Shown here: positions 47,457 through 56,842 of the stretch, one piece after another | Layout of the letters: every line of letters begins with the position of its first letter | How positions within the stretch are numbered: the stretch's first letter is position 1 | From: an uncultured bacterium | GTDB taxonomy: Bacteria > Chloroflexota > UBA5177 > JANWHV01 | Direction of reading: 5' to 3' | Length of the DNA: 64,000 nt | NCBI GenBank assembly: GCA_963827235.1 | Contig: CAWHAE010000018.1 | Coordinates: 224,001 to 288,000, forward strand | Position numbers and translations under genes: made by a program | Notes under the pieces: model-generated | Told to the model about the DNA's origin: nothing | The model's database searches: none | Seen by the model: only the letters and a program-made list of their open reading frames with translations

Positions 47457-49244
47457 GTGATCAACGACGGTGATCACCAGAGCAAGCACGAGCGAGCCTA
47501 CCAGCTCATTCGCTCGCGCATTCTGGATGGCAGTTATGCGCCCGGCGAGCGTCTCGTCATCGACGCGCTGGCTGGCGAATTCGGTATCAGCCCGGTCCCG
47601 GTGCGCGAAGCGATTCGCCGCCTCGAAGCGGAGGGTCGGATCGTCTATAGATACAACTCCGGCGCCCGGGTCGCCCTGACCGACGCCCGCCGGCATCTGC
47701 GTATCGGCATTGACGCCGGGCGCACGAGTACGGACGCCGTGTTGATGGACGGCTCGTCCGTGCTTGCCGCGGTCAAGCACCCGACCACCACCGACGTGAG
47801 CGGCGGTATCGAGGCCGCACTCGACGCGCTTTTGAGGGAGGCGCGGGCCGCCCCGGGCAGTGTTGACGCCGTGCTGATCGGCACCACACAGTTTTCCCGC
47901 GCCTTTGAGGAGCGACGGTTCGCACCTACCGCCTGTATCCGCCTGGGACTGCCGGCGACCGAAGCTGTCCCGCCCATGATCGACTGGCCGGACGAGCTCC
48001 GCCGGGCGACGGGCTGCCACTGCTACCTTGCTCACGGAGGTCACGCCTACGATGGGCGCGTGGTGGCTGCCTTGCGCGAAGACGAGCTCCAGGCCATCGC
48101 CGTCGATCTGCGGCGCCGGGAGGTCAAGTCCGTTGCCATCTCCTCCGTGTTCTCGCCCGTGGCCTTCGGTGCCGAGCAGCAGGCGGCCACGCTGCTCCAG
48201 GCCATGCTTCCCGGCGTCGCCGTGACGATGTCGCACCAGATCGGTAGCCTCGGCTTGCTGGAGCGGGAAAATGCCGCGATCATCAATGCCTGCCTTCGCC
48301 CCCACTCTCAGCTCGTCATCGAGGCCCTTCAGCGAATGCTGCGAGCAGCCGGTTTCGCCGCCCCCCTGTATCTGACTCAGAACGACGGCACGCTCATGAC
48401 CGCGGACTACGCACAGCGGTTCCCCGTGCTGACCTTCTCCTCTGGCCAGTCCAACAGCATGCGCGGAGCCGGTTTCCTCGCCGGGCGGCGCGATGGCCTG
48501 GTGGTCGACGTCGGCGGGATGACCACGGTGATCGGTATGTTGGTCGACGGATACCCGCGCGTGGCGGCAACGCCCGGGCTCATGGAAGGCGTGCGCACCA
48601 ACTTCCGCAGGCCGGACGCGCAAACCATGGCCATGGGCGGCGGCAGCGTGATCGAAGGCAACCCGCCGGCTATCGGCCCTACCGCGCTTGGCCCGGCGCT
48701 CTTCAAGGATGCGCTGGTCTTCGGTGGCTCCACGCTCACCCTCACCGACCTGGCCGTAGCGGCCGGCCAGACCAGCCTCGGCGATCCGGCGAAGGTCTCA
48801 CACCTGCGCTCCCTGGCAGAGCCAGTGCTCGAGCGCTTCGGCGAGACGTTGCGTCGAGCAGTGCAACGCGCCGGCGCACAGGAAGGGGACGGCCCCGTGA
48901 TCCTGGTCGGCGGAAGCGCCTGGCTGGCCCAGTCCGCGCTGGCCGGCCTGGAGACCACAGTGCCGGAGTACTACGCGGTGGCCAACGCGGTGGGCGCGGC
49001 GACTGCCCCGATTTCCGGTGAGGTGGACCGCGTGGTATCCCTGGCCGGCGTCTCTCGCCAGGACGTGCTGTCGGGAGCCGTCTCCGAGGCGGTGGGCCGG
49101 GCCGTGTCCGCCGGCGCCGCGCCCGATACGGTTCGTGTCACCTGGGCGGAGGACATTCCGCTCGCCTACTTGCCCGGCAGCGTCACCCGTGTGCGGGTCA
49201 AGGCGACGGGATCTCTGGCAATTGGAGTACCTCTTGGCCGCTAG
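47457..49244 (+). CDS. GntR winged-HTH fused to hydantoinase/oxoprolinase-A domain
   Basis: SKHERAYQLIRSRILDGSYAPGERL...ISPVPVREAIRRLEAEG..SGARV is continuous in frame with LRIGIDAGRTSTDAV...GLLERENAAIINA...VRVKATG. Confidence 0.9.
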   Translation: MINDGDHQSKHERAYQLIRSRILDGSYAPGERLVIDALAGEFGISPVPVREAIRRLEAEGRIVYRYNSGARVALTDARRHLRIGIDAGRTSTDAVLMDGSSVLAAVKHPTTTDVSGGIEAALDALLREARAAPGSVDAVLIGTTQFSRAFEERRFAPTACIRLGLPATEAVPPMIDWPDELRRATGCHCYLAHGGHAYDGRVVAALREDELQAIAVDLRRREVKSVAISSVFSPVAFGAEQQAATLLQAMLPGVAVTMSHQIGSLGLLERENAAIINACLRPHSQLVIEALQRMLRAAGFAAPLYLTQNDGTLMTADYAQRFPVLTFSSGQSNSMRGAGFLAGRRDGLVVDVGGMTTVIGMLVDGYPRVAATPGLMEGVRTNFRRPDAQTMAMGGGSVIEGNPPAIGPTALGPALFKDALVFGGSTLTLTDLAVAAGQTSLGDPAKVSHLRSLAEPVLERFGETLRRAVQRAGAQEGDGPVILVGGSAWLAQSALAGLETTVPEYYAVANAVGAATAPISGEVDRVVSLAGVSRQDVLSGAVSEAVGRAVSAGAAPDTVRVTWAEDIPLAYLPGSVTRVRVKATGSLAIGVPLGR

Positions 49245-50334
49245 GCCGGCGTTGCAGGAACGCCGCCGGCTCGATGCCGAGGACGTGGAGCTGATCGCGC
49301 AAGGCGCCGGCGTGCTCGGCTCCGGCGGCGGCGGGCACCCGTATCTCGGGAAGCTTCTGGTACAGAGTGCCCTGCAGCGGGACAGGCAGATCTCGCTGAT
49401 CCCAGTCGAAGAGGCCCCGCCGGGGTTGCTGCTGTGCGTGGCACAGGTCGGGGCACCGGTCGTGCTGGCCGAACGGCTGGCACAGGGTGCCGAAGCCCTG
49501 CAAGTCTGCGCGACGCTGGAAAGCCATCTGGGCGAACCGGCGGTGGGTGTGGTCTGCAACGAAATCGGCGGCATCAACAGCCTGATCCCGCTGTTGGTGA
49601 GCGCGTATCGCAACATACCGCTGCTGGACGCCGATGCCATGGGCCGCGCCTTTCCCGGGATGCATCAGGATACGCTCAGCATCTACGGCGGCACGCCGGT
49701 ACCGATCGCGCTGTGTGACGACGAAGGGAACGTGGCGATCGTTCACGCTGCCGACATGCGGGCAACCGAGCGGATGGGGCGCGCGCTTACCACGGCCATG
49801 GGAGGCCTGGCCTACCTGGCGAGACCGGTGCCGCGGGCCCGGGGGCTGGACCAGGTGCTGATCCCGGGCAGCTATAGCAGGGCGCACGAGATCGGCCGCG
49901 CTCTCAAACAGGCGACGCGGAGCGGCGATCCTCGCGCCATCGACCTCGAGTGCGTCGGTGGTCGCCGCCTGTTTGCCGGCACGATACACGCCGTCGAGCG
50001 CCGCGCGCCGGGAGAACGGATTGGCGGCATGGTGAGCATTGCCGGGCAAGGCGACGGGTATCGGGGCATGCTGCGCATCGGCTTCCAGACCGAGTACCTC
50101 GTGGCCTGGTACGGCAAGGATCTGCGCGCCGCCACGCCCGACGTGATCAGCGTGATCGACGAGGATACCGGCGAGCCAATCAGTACCGAGGCGCTGCAGG
50201 TCGGGCTGCGCGTGATCGTGCTCCACCTGGCCGCCGACCCGCGCCTGACGACACCGCAGGGCCTTGCCTGCGTGGGCCCGGCCGCGTTCGGCTACGGCGT
50301 CACGTACGGCTCGCCTGAATGGCACACGGACTGA
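49234..50334 (+). CDS. DUF917 family protein (copy 3, divergent)
   Basis: GAGVLGSGGGGHP, EIGGINS, DADAMGRAFPG, FQTEYL, TPDVI, EPISTE. TTG start with GGAG overlaps the upstream stop. Confidence 0.9.
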   Translation: MAARPALQERRRLDAEDVELIAQGAGVLGSGGGGHPYLGKLLVQSALQRDRQISLIPVEEAPPGLLLCVAQVGAPVVLAERLAQGAEALQVCATLESHLGEPAVGVVCNEIGGINSLIPLLVSAYRNIPLLDADAMGRAFPGMHQDTLSIYGGTPVPIALCDDEGNVAIVHAADMRATERMGRALTTAMGGLAYLARPVPRARGLDQVLIPGSYSRAHEIGRALKQATRSGDPRAIDLECVGGRRLFAGTIHAVERRAPGERIGGMVSIAGQGDGYRGMLRIGFQTEYLVAWYGKDLRAATPDVISVIDEDTGEPISTEALQVGLRVIVLHLAADPRLTTPQGLACVGPAAFGYGVTYGSPEWHTD

Positions 50335-50370
50335 TAGACATCCTCTCGCACCCGCCCGCGGGTGGGCGGG

Positions 50371-50510
50371 CCTGAAGTCGGTGATCCAACGCTTCGGTAC
50401 GCCGATCCTGGGACCCCGGCCGTCTCGACCGCGGCCGGAGATGCCCGGCATGGCGTCCATCGCCGCGGGACAACAAGCCGCTGCGTCACAATGCCTAGGT
50501 AGGCTCCCGC
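50371..50510 (+). repeat. Dispersed intergenic repeat, copy B
   Basis: CCTGAAGTCGGTGATCCAACGCTTCGG...ATCCTGGGACCCCGGCCGTCTCGACCGC...ACAATGCC. Confidence 0.85.
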
Positions 50511-50587
50511 GCGCCGGCCGCCGACTGCTAACGATCTGCCAAGTATGCTGAAGTAGATCGAAGTGGATCGCAGGGAGGCAATGACCG

Positions 50588-51025
50588 ATGACCACTGTTG
50601 CACATCTGTTGAGCGCCAAGGGAAGCGACGTCTGGTCCGTTTCGCCGGACGCGTCGGTGTACAAGGCCATCGAGTACATGGCCGACAAGCAAGTGGGAGC
50701 CCTGCTCGTCGTCGACGCCGGGCGCGTGGTCGGGATCGTCTCCGAGCGCGACTACGCGCGCAAGGTGATCCTTCAAGGCAGAGCCTCGGAATCGACTTTG
50801 GTACGCGAGATCATGACCGACAAAGTTCTCTTCGTGCGGCCGGAGCAGACGATCGAGGATTGCATGGCCATGATGACCACGCGGCGCATCCGGCATCTCC
50901 CGGTAATGCAGGGCGAGCGCCTGCTGGGCATGATCTCGGTCGGCGACGTGATCAAAGGTCTCCTCACCGAGCGCGACGTGCGCATCGAGCAGCTCGAGCA
51001 ATACATCTCCGGCCGGCGAGCCTGA
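50588..51025 (+). CDS. CBS domain protein
   Basis: VGALLV..VVGIVSERDYARK, MTTRRIRHLPV, GMISVGDV. GGAGG RBS. Confidence 0.95.
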   Translation: MTTVAHLLSAKGSDVWSVSPDASVYKAIEYMADKQVGALLVVDAGRVVGIVSERDYARKVILQGRASESTLVREIMTDKVLFVRPEQTIEDCMAMMTTRRIRHLPVMQGERLLGMISVGDVIKGLLTERDVRIEQLEQYISGRRA

Positions 51026-51108
51026 GACCGGCGCGACGGCGCCCGGTTGAGCCACGCGCTACGCCGCGTTCTCGCCTCGCGGCACCGGCTGCGTAGCTTG
51101 ACCGCGGC

Positions 51109-51801
51109 CTAACAGGACCGGGCTGCCGGCCGGCTCTGCAAGAGACGGGCGATATCGGCGGCCGCGCCGACCAGTGACGATCGAATGACGTTGGCGTGCG
51201 CGAACGATTGCGTGGCCGTACTGGCATTTGGCACCGCGATCACGTGCATGCCGGCTGCTCTCGCGGCTGCCGTGCCTGCCTGGGAGTCTTCCACTGCGAC
51301 GCACCGAGACGGCGACACATGGAGACGATCGGCGGCCAGCAGGTAGATCTCGGGGGCGGGCTTTCCCAGCCGCACCTCCTCGCCGGACGCCACGGCATCG
51401 AGCAGGGGCACGAGACCAAGCCTGTCGACCACGATATCGACCTGCCAGCGCGGGCTCGACGAGGCGATCGCCACCGCGTAGCCCATCGCGGCTACCTGGG
51501 CGACGAGCTCGGGCGCGCCCTCCATGATCTCGGCCTCGTCTCGCAGCAGTGGCTCGTAAAACCGGGACTGTGCCTCGGAAAGCTCCTGGGCAGTGCCGGG
51601 CAAGGAGTACAGCTGTCGTAAGCTCTCCCAGGCTTCGATGTTGCGCACGCCGACGAACGGCAGCATCTCCTCCTGCGTGATGGTCAGGCCGATTTGCTCT
51701 CGGAACACGCGCTCGGCAGCCCGAAACTGCAGCGGCTCGGTGTCGACCAATATGCCGTCCATGTCAAAGATCACCGCGTCGCGGCTCAGTCCATCATTCA
51801 T
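51109..51801 (-). CDS. HAD family phosphatase (beta-PGM/CbbY-like)
   Basis: IFDMDGILVDTE, IASSS, GKPAPEIY, VEDS. Confidence 0.93.
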   Translation of the reverse strand: MNDGLSRDAVIFDMDGILVDTEPLQFRAAERVFREQIGLTITQEEMLPFVGVRNIEAWESLRQLYSLPGTAQELSEAQSRFYEPLLRDEAEIMEGAPELVAQVAAMGYAVAIASSSPRWQVDIVVDRLGLVPLLDAVASGEEVRLGKPAPEIYLLAADRLHVSPSRCVAVEDSQAGTAAARAAGMHVIAVPNASTATQSFAHANVIRSSLVGAAADIARLLQSRPAARSC

Positions 51802-51885
51802 CAGCGCGTTCCAGCTCCCTGCTGTGCTCCCTGCAGTACACCTGAGGCTCATCAGCAGTGTAGCGTGCCGGCTCGGACCGGCGCA

Positions 51886-52022
51886 CCCGAAATCGGTGAT
51901 CCACCGCTTCGCTCCGCTGGTCCCGGGAGCGCCGCCGTCTCGGCCGCCTCCGGACGTACCCGGCTTGCGGCCGTCGTCGCGAGGCACCAAGCCGATGCGT
52001 CACAATCTCCGGGTGGGCCCGG
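51886..52022 (+). repeat. Dispersed intergenic repeat, copy C
   Basis: CCCGAAATCGGTGATCCACCGCTTCG...GGGAGCGCCGCCGTCTCGGCCGCCTCCGGAC...GCGTCACAATCTCCGGGTGGGCCC. Confidence 0.8.
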
Positions 52023-52116
52023 CCGGGACACGTTCTCCGTCGCTGCGCTCGAGGCCGGCGAGCGGTGCGCGGGAGATCGGCCGCTCGCACATCCAACGCC
52101 GCCGCACGGATCGCGC

Positions 52117-53865
52117 TCAGAAGGGGAGCGTGGGCTGGCCCTTGGCCCGCGCCAGCAGCTCCCCGGCCGCGCGCAGCGTGCTGTCGCTGATCGGCATGCC
52201 GCCCAGCATGGCCGCCACCTCGCGCACGCGCTCGTTACCGTGCAGCGCGGTGAGGACGGCGCAGGTGCGGCCGTCCACGATCTTCTTTTCCACCCGCAGA
52301 TGCTCGTCGCCCAGCGCGGCTACCTGCGGCAGGTGGGTGATACAGAGCACCTGGTGGCTGCGTGCCAGGTCGCGCAGCTTCTCTCCCACAACCTGACCGC
52401 TCCGGCCGCCCACTCCCGTGTCGACCTCGTCGAAGATCAGGGTAGGCGTGCGGTCCGCGTTCGAGAGAATGGTCTTCAGGGCGAGCATCAAGCGCGAGGC
52501 CTCGCCGCCGGAGGCGATGCGAGCCAGGGGCTTCAGGTCCTCGCCCGGATTCGGCGACACGAGAAACTCCACCCGGTCGAGCCCCGTTTCGTCGCAGGCA
52601 AAGCGACTCTCGTCGCCCGGAACCGGCACGCCGTCGGCGCTCGCTCGCCTCTCGAGCGCCACATCAAAGCGCGCCCGCTGCATGTTCAGGTCGTTTAGCT
52701 GCTCCTCTACCCGCCTCGCCAGGGTCTGCGCGGCCTCACGTCGGGCCGCGGACAGCGCGGCCGCCTCGCGGCCAATCTCCATGCGCACCTGCTCTGCTTC
52801 GGCGGAAAGCTCTTCCAGCCGATCTCCGGCGCCGAGCAGCTCCTCCTGCTCCGCCGCGGCGCGCCGGCCAAACTCGATCACGTCGGCCACCGAGGCGCCG
52901 TACTTGCGCTTCAGGGACTGCAGCAGGAGCGCCCGCTCTTCCAGCGCGGCGAGCCGAGCCGGATCTGCCTCTATGGAGGCACGGTAGTGCGCAAGGTCGT
53001 GGGCGACCTCGTCCACCACGATCATCGCGCCTTGCAACGCCTCGACGAGCGGCGTCTGGCTGCCGTCGACACGGGCAAGATCGCCCAGCATCTGCAGCGC
53101 GCGGGTTAGCAGGTCCACGGCACTGTCGCCGTCCCTCGCGCCCTCGCTCAAGAGCGCCTGGGCGCCGGCGCCCAGGCTCGCCAGGCGGTCGGCATTGGCG
53201 AGCACCACCAGCTCGGCCTCCAGCGTCGTTTCCTCGCTCGCGCTGAGGTGCGCTGCCTCGATCTCCTCGAGCTGGTAGCGCAAGGTGTCGAGTCGCCTGG
53301 CGGCATCCTGCCGGGAGGCGCGTAGCCGCGCCGCCTCGGCCTCTACGGCGCGCAGGCGGTGGACCAGCGCGGCGACTGCTCGTCGCTGCTCGAGCGTGCC
53401 GGCATAGCGATCCAGCAAGTCGATGTGGCCGGCCACCCGGAACAGCGAGAGATGCTCGCCCTGGCCGTGTATGTCGACCAGCACCTCGCCGACCGCCGCC
53501 AGCACCCCGACGGGGACCGCCCGCCCGTTGACGCGCGCCGTGCTTCGGCCTGCTGCGTTAATCTCGCGCGCCAGGATCACCATACCCTCGTCCCGGTCGA
53601 GCAGATCGTAGCCCTCGAGGGCGAGGGCGACCGCATCGGCCACCTCTGGCGCGTCGAGCGAGAATATCGCCTCCACACGTGCCGCGCGGGCACCGCTGCG
53701 CACCGTCTCGCCGCTGATTCTGCCGCCCAGGACGGCGTCGACTGCGTCGATGATGATCGACTTGCCGGCGCCCGTCTCGCCTGTCAGCACACAGAAGCCC
53801 GGCTGGAAGGGCACGACGAGGTTGTCGATGATTGCGAAATCGGTGATCGCCAGTTCCTGGAGCAT
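52117..53865 (-). CDS. recN: DNA repair protein RecN
   Basis: LTGETGAGKSIIIDA, DIHGQGEH, NPGEDLKPLARIASGGE.SRLMLALK, IFDEVDTGVGG, CITHLPQVAA. Confidence 0.97.
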   Translation of the reverse strand: MLQELAITDFAIIDNLVVPFQPGFCVLTGETGAGKSIIIDAVDAVLGGRISGETVRSGARAARVEAIFSLDAPEVADAVALALEGYDLLDRDEGMVILAREINAAGRSTARVNGRAVPVGVLAAVGEVLVDIHGQGEHLSLFRVAGHIDLLDRYAGTLEQRRAVAALVHRLRAVEAEAARLRASRQDAARRLDTLRYQLEEIEAAHLSASEETTLEAELVVLANADRLASLGAGAQALLSEGARDGDSAVDLLTRALQMLGDLARVDGSQTPLVEALQGAMIVVDEVAHDLAHYRASIEADPARLAALEERALLLQSLKRKYGASVADVIEFGRRAAAEQEELLGAGDRLEELSAEAEQVRMEIGREAAALSAARREAAQTLARRVEEQLNDLNMQRARFDVALERRASADGVPVPGDESRFACDETGLDRVEFLVSPNPGEDLKPLARIASGGEASRLMLALKTILSNADRTPTLIFDEVDTGVGGRSGQVVGEKLRDLARSHQVLCITHLPQVAALGDEHLRVEKKIVDGRTCAVLTALHGNERVREVAAMLGGMPISDSTLRAAGELLARAKGQPTLPF

Positions 53866-54185
53866 GCATTCATTCTACCGGGCGCCGTGCACGGTCAACG
53901 CGATATCTTCTGAACGCAGCCAGGCAGCCGGTGAAGCCAGCCAAGCAGTGGCAGTGCGGCTCGTTCCGGTGAAGCGGCCTGCTGTACGAGGAGCTCTCGA
54001 CGGGCGGGACCACCCATCGATACCGCAACTCCACGGCGCCACATGGCTGCCCATCACATCAATCGGGAGATCGCGCTGCTCGAATGCCGCGCGGACGGCG
54101 CGCTGGTGCATCGGCGGCGCAAGAACGAAGACGCAAGCTATCCACGCCGTGCAAGCCCGCAGTGCGGTCGCTCGGGGCCAGCAGG

Positions 54186-54231
54186 CGACAACCAGCCGGC
54201 AGAGCGCTCCCGCTCTGCCGGCTGGTTGTCG
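54186..54231. terminator. 21-bp perfect inverted repeat downstream of the MFS gene
   Basis: CGACAACCAGCCGGCAGAGCG-CTCC-CGCTCTGCCGGCTGGTTGTCG. Confidence 0.65.
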
Positions 54232-54294
54232 TGGTACCGTGTGATGTCAGCCGCGATACACGCGGCCGCGGCCACAGGTGCAACACGCCGGCCG

Positions 54295-55707
54295 CTAGGC
54301 CACGAAGGTTGCCGCCCGGCGGCCCGACTCCTCGGCCGCCGGCACGGCGGAGGCGATGCGCGGCAGGCCGGGCAGGAGCACGCTGATCGCGACGCAGAAC
54401 AGCAGCACCCCCGACCCGGTCAGCAGTACGGCGTGGAATCCTGCCACGAAATCGGTCGGTCGCACCACGATGTGCTGGAATATGGCACCCAGGATGGCGA
54501 CGCCGAAAACACCGCCGAGCTCGCGGATGGTGCTATTGGTGCCCGACGCCTGGCCCTGCATGCTCTCCGACACGCTGGCCATGACCGTGCTCGAGAGAGG
54601 CGCGAAGCTCAGGCCCTGACCGAAGCCGCCGAGCACGAAGCACGGCAGGAGCGTCGTGTAGCCGACCGACGTGCTGACAAGGCTTGCCATCCAGGCAAGC
54701 GCGATCGCCTGGCAACTCAGGCCCAGGAGCACGATCGGCCGTGGCCCGATGCGACCGGTGAGTAGTCCGGCGAAAGGAGCGACCAACATGATGGTGCCGG
54801 TCCATGGCATGGTGCCCAGTCCGGCCCGCAGGGCAGAGAAGTGGAGCACGTTCTGCACGAACAGGGTGACGAAGAAGATCGAGCCGAACATGCCGAAGCT
54901 CATCAGGAAGGATGCCGCGTTGGCCACCGAGAAGCCGCGCGAGCGGAACAGCGACAGGTCGAGCATCGGCTCGTGAGCCGTCGATTGGCGGACCATGAAG
55001 ACCAGCAGGACCACGCTGCCGCCGATCAGTGAGCCGAGGATCTCGTAGCTGCTCCAGCCCACTCCATTGCCGCGGATCAGGCCATAGACGATGCCGAGCA
55101 GTCCGGCGCCCACCAGGGCGATGCCGGGCAGGTCGAGCTCGCGGGTGTCGCCGTACGACTCCGAGAGCTGGCGGCTTCCAAGCACGAAGAGCAGGATGCC
55201 CACCGGCACGTTCACCCAGAAGACCGCGTTCCAGCTCCAGCCGCTGACGATCGCCCCGCCTACCAGCGGTCCGGCCGCCAGTCCCAGTCCGGAGACGCCC
55301 GACCAGAGGCCGATGGCAGCCGGTCGCTTCTCGGGTGGGAAGACGCCGATCAGGATGGTGAGCGTGAGCGGCATGATCAAGGCTGCCCCCATCCCCTGCA
55401 CGGCGCGCGAGAAGGCAAGGGCCGTGGCCGAGCCGGCGAGTGCCGAGGCCGCCGAGCCGCCGGTGAAGAGTGCCACGCCGGCGAGCAGGACGCGGCGGCG
55501 GCCGATGCGGTCGCCGAGCGCCGCCGCCGGCAGCATGAGCACGGCAAAGGCCAGCGTGTAGGCGTTGACCGTCCACTCCAGGTCGGCAACTCCCGAGTGC
55601 AGGGCGCGGCCGATGGAAGGCAGCGCCGTGGTCACGACGAGGTTGTCGAGCATGCCCATGAAGAGCGCGATCGAGACTATCGCGAAGGTCCACCAGCGAT
55701 GTGTCAT
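54295..55707 (-). CDS. DHA2 family MFS efflux transporter
   Basis: LDNLVVTTALPSI, WTVNAYTL, LGDRIGRRR, FWVNVPVG, RELGGVFGVA. Confidence 0.94.
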   Translation of the reverse strand: MTHRWWTFAIVSIALFMGMLDNLVVTTALPSIGRALHSGVADLEWTVNAYTLAFAVLMLPAAALGDRIGRRRVLLAGVALFTGGSAASALAGSATALAFSRAVQGMGAALIMPLTLTILIGVFPPEKRPAAIGLWSGVSGLGLAAGPLVGGAIVSGWSWNAVFWVNVPVGILLFVLGSRQLSESYGDTRELDLPGIALVGAGLLGIVYGLIRGNGVGWSSYEILGSLIGGSVVLLVFMVRQSTAHEPMLDLSLFRSRGFSVANAASFLMSFGMFGSIFFVTLFVQNVLHFSALRAGLGTMPWTGTIMLVAPFAGLLTGRIGPRPIVLLGLSCQAIALAWMASLVSTSVGYTTLLPCFVLGGFGQGLSFAPLSSTVMASVSESMQGQASGTNSTIRELGGVFGVAILGAIFQHIVVRPTDFVAGFHAVLLTGSGVLLFCVAISVLLPGLPRIASAVPAAEESGRRAATFVA

Positions 55708-55755
55708 CTCACTGTTCCTCCTGTCAGTCACTGTGCGGCTTCATCTCTTGGTATG

Positions 55756-55812
55756 TAGTGAGTACTCACTAACTACTGACACCACGATAGAGCATTCGCG
55801 GCAGCCTGTCAA
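55756..55812 (-). promoter_or_regulatory. sigma70 promoter with downstream 16-bp palindromic operator
   Basis: TTGACA (55812-55807)-N17-TATCGT (55789-55784). TAGTGAGTACTCACTA at 55756-55771. Confidence 0.75.
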
Positions 55813-55939
55813 CGGGGGAGACTGTCACATGCGGCACAGTCCCCGGAATGCTAGCCAGTTGGAATTTCGCGATGTACGCTGGAAATGCATCGGTACGCCC
55901 TTTGGGCCGGTGTGGCATTCGCAAAGAGGAAAAACCCCG

Positions 55940-56824
55940 ATGAGCACTACGTCGTCATCCGCCAGCCAATGTGCCATCTGTGGCGAGCCCCGCATTCCGG
56001 GCGCAAAGTTCTGCAGCCGCTGCGGAGCCACGTTCCAGGCCGCGCCGCGCACGCCATCGCGTCTGGGCGCCACGAGTCGCACGGGCCGGCCCGCGGATCT
56101 CGTGTATGTGGTCATCGCCGCCGCGCTGGCCGTGACACTCTCCCATCTCCCGATCGTGGACACGGCGATCTACCCATTCAAGCTCTTCGGTACCTTCGTC
56201 CACGAGTGGTGCCATGCTATCGTGGCGATCGCCACCGGCGGCCAGGTGAAGCAGCTGCAGATCAATGCCGACCTCAGCGGCGAGACCTTCACCACCGGAG
56301 GCTGGCTGCTGCCCATCTTCAGCGCCGGCTACGTGGGCGCCGCGTGCGTTGGGGCTCTCCTGCTCGTGCTGCCCACGCGCTGGGCCAACAAGGTCTTGAT
56401 CTGCGTCGGGGCCCTCTCCATTCTCATGCCCCTGGCGGGTGAGCTGGCGTTCGGCACCAGCTTCACCGGCACGACGTGGCTGTGGACCGCGGTGTTCGGC
56501 TGCGTCACACTGGTAATCGGCTCCCGCGCGCCGGCGCGTGCCGCGGGTCTGTTCCAACAGTTCCTGGCCGTGGAGTTGTGCCTTACCGCGATCGACTCGT
56601 TACGAAACCTGGCCTGGATCACCGAAAACTCCAGCGGCGCCCAGATCAACACCGCGAGGGGCATCTGCTACTACACGCAGCCTCTCAGGACAGGGACCGA
56701 CGCTTTGAACGCCCAGTGCTACTTCTCCGCTCCGGCACTGTTCTGGACCGTCCTCTGGTTCGCTCTGGCTATCGCCGTCATCGGATTCGCGGCGTACCGC
56801 GTAGTACGCCGCTCGATTGCCTGA
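55940..56824 (+). CDS. Zinc-ribbon + M50B-like membrane metallopeptidase
   Basis: CAICG..AKFCSRCG, TFVHEWCHA (HExxH), SAGYVG, TDA motif, multiple TM helices. Confidence 0.88.
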   Translation: MSTTSSSASQCAICGEPRIPGAKFCSRCGATFQAAPRTPSRLGATSRTGRPADLVYVVIAAALAVTLSHLPIVDTAIYPFKLFGTFVHEWCHAIVAIATGGQVKQLQINADLSGETFTTGGWLLPIFSAGYVGAACVGALLLVLPTRWANKVLICVGALSILMPLAGELAFGTSFTGTTWLWTAVFGCVTLVIGSRAPARAAGLFQQFLAVELCLTAIDSLRNLAWITENSSGAQINTARGICYYTQPLRTGTDALNAQCYFSAPALFWTVLWFALAIAVIGFAAYRVVRRSIA

Positions 56825-56842
56825 GCGCCACGTGTTCGTGCC

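Noticed and set aside
19851-52022. Similar peptides (LKSxIxRFGxPILGPxPSRP) in ORFs over the dispersed repeat, suggesting a small-protein family
   Set aside because: No shared start or RBS, indels shift the frame between copies, and substitutions are not clearly third-position biased. DNA-level repetition explains it.
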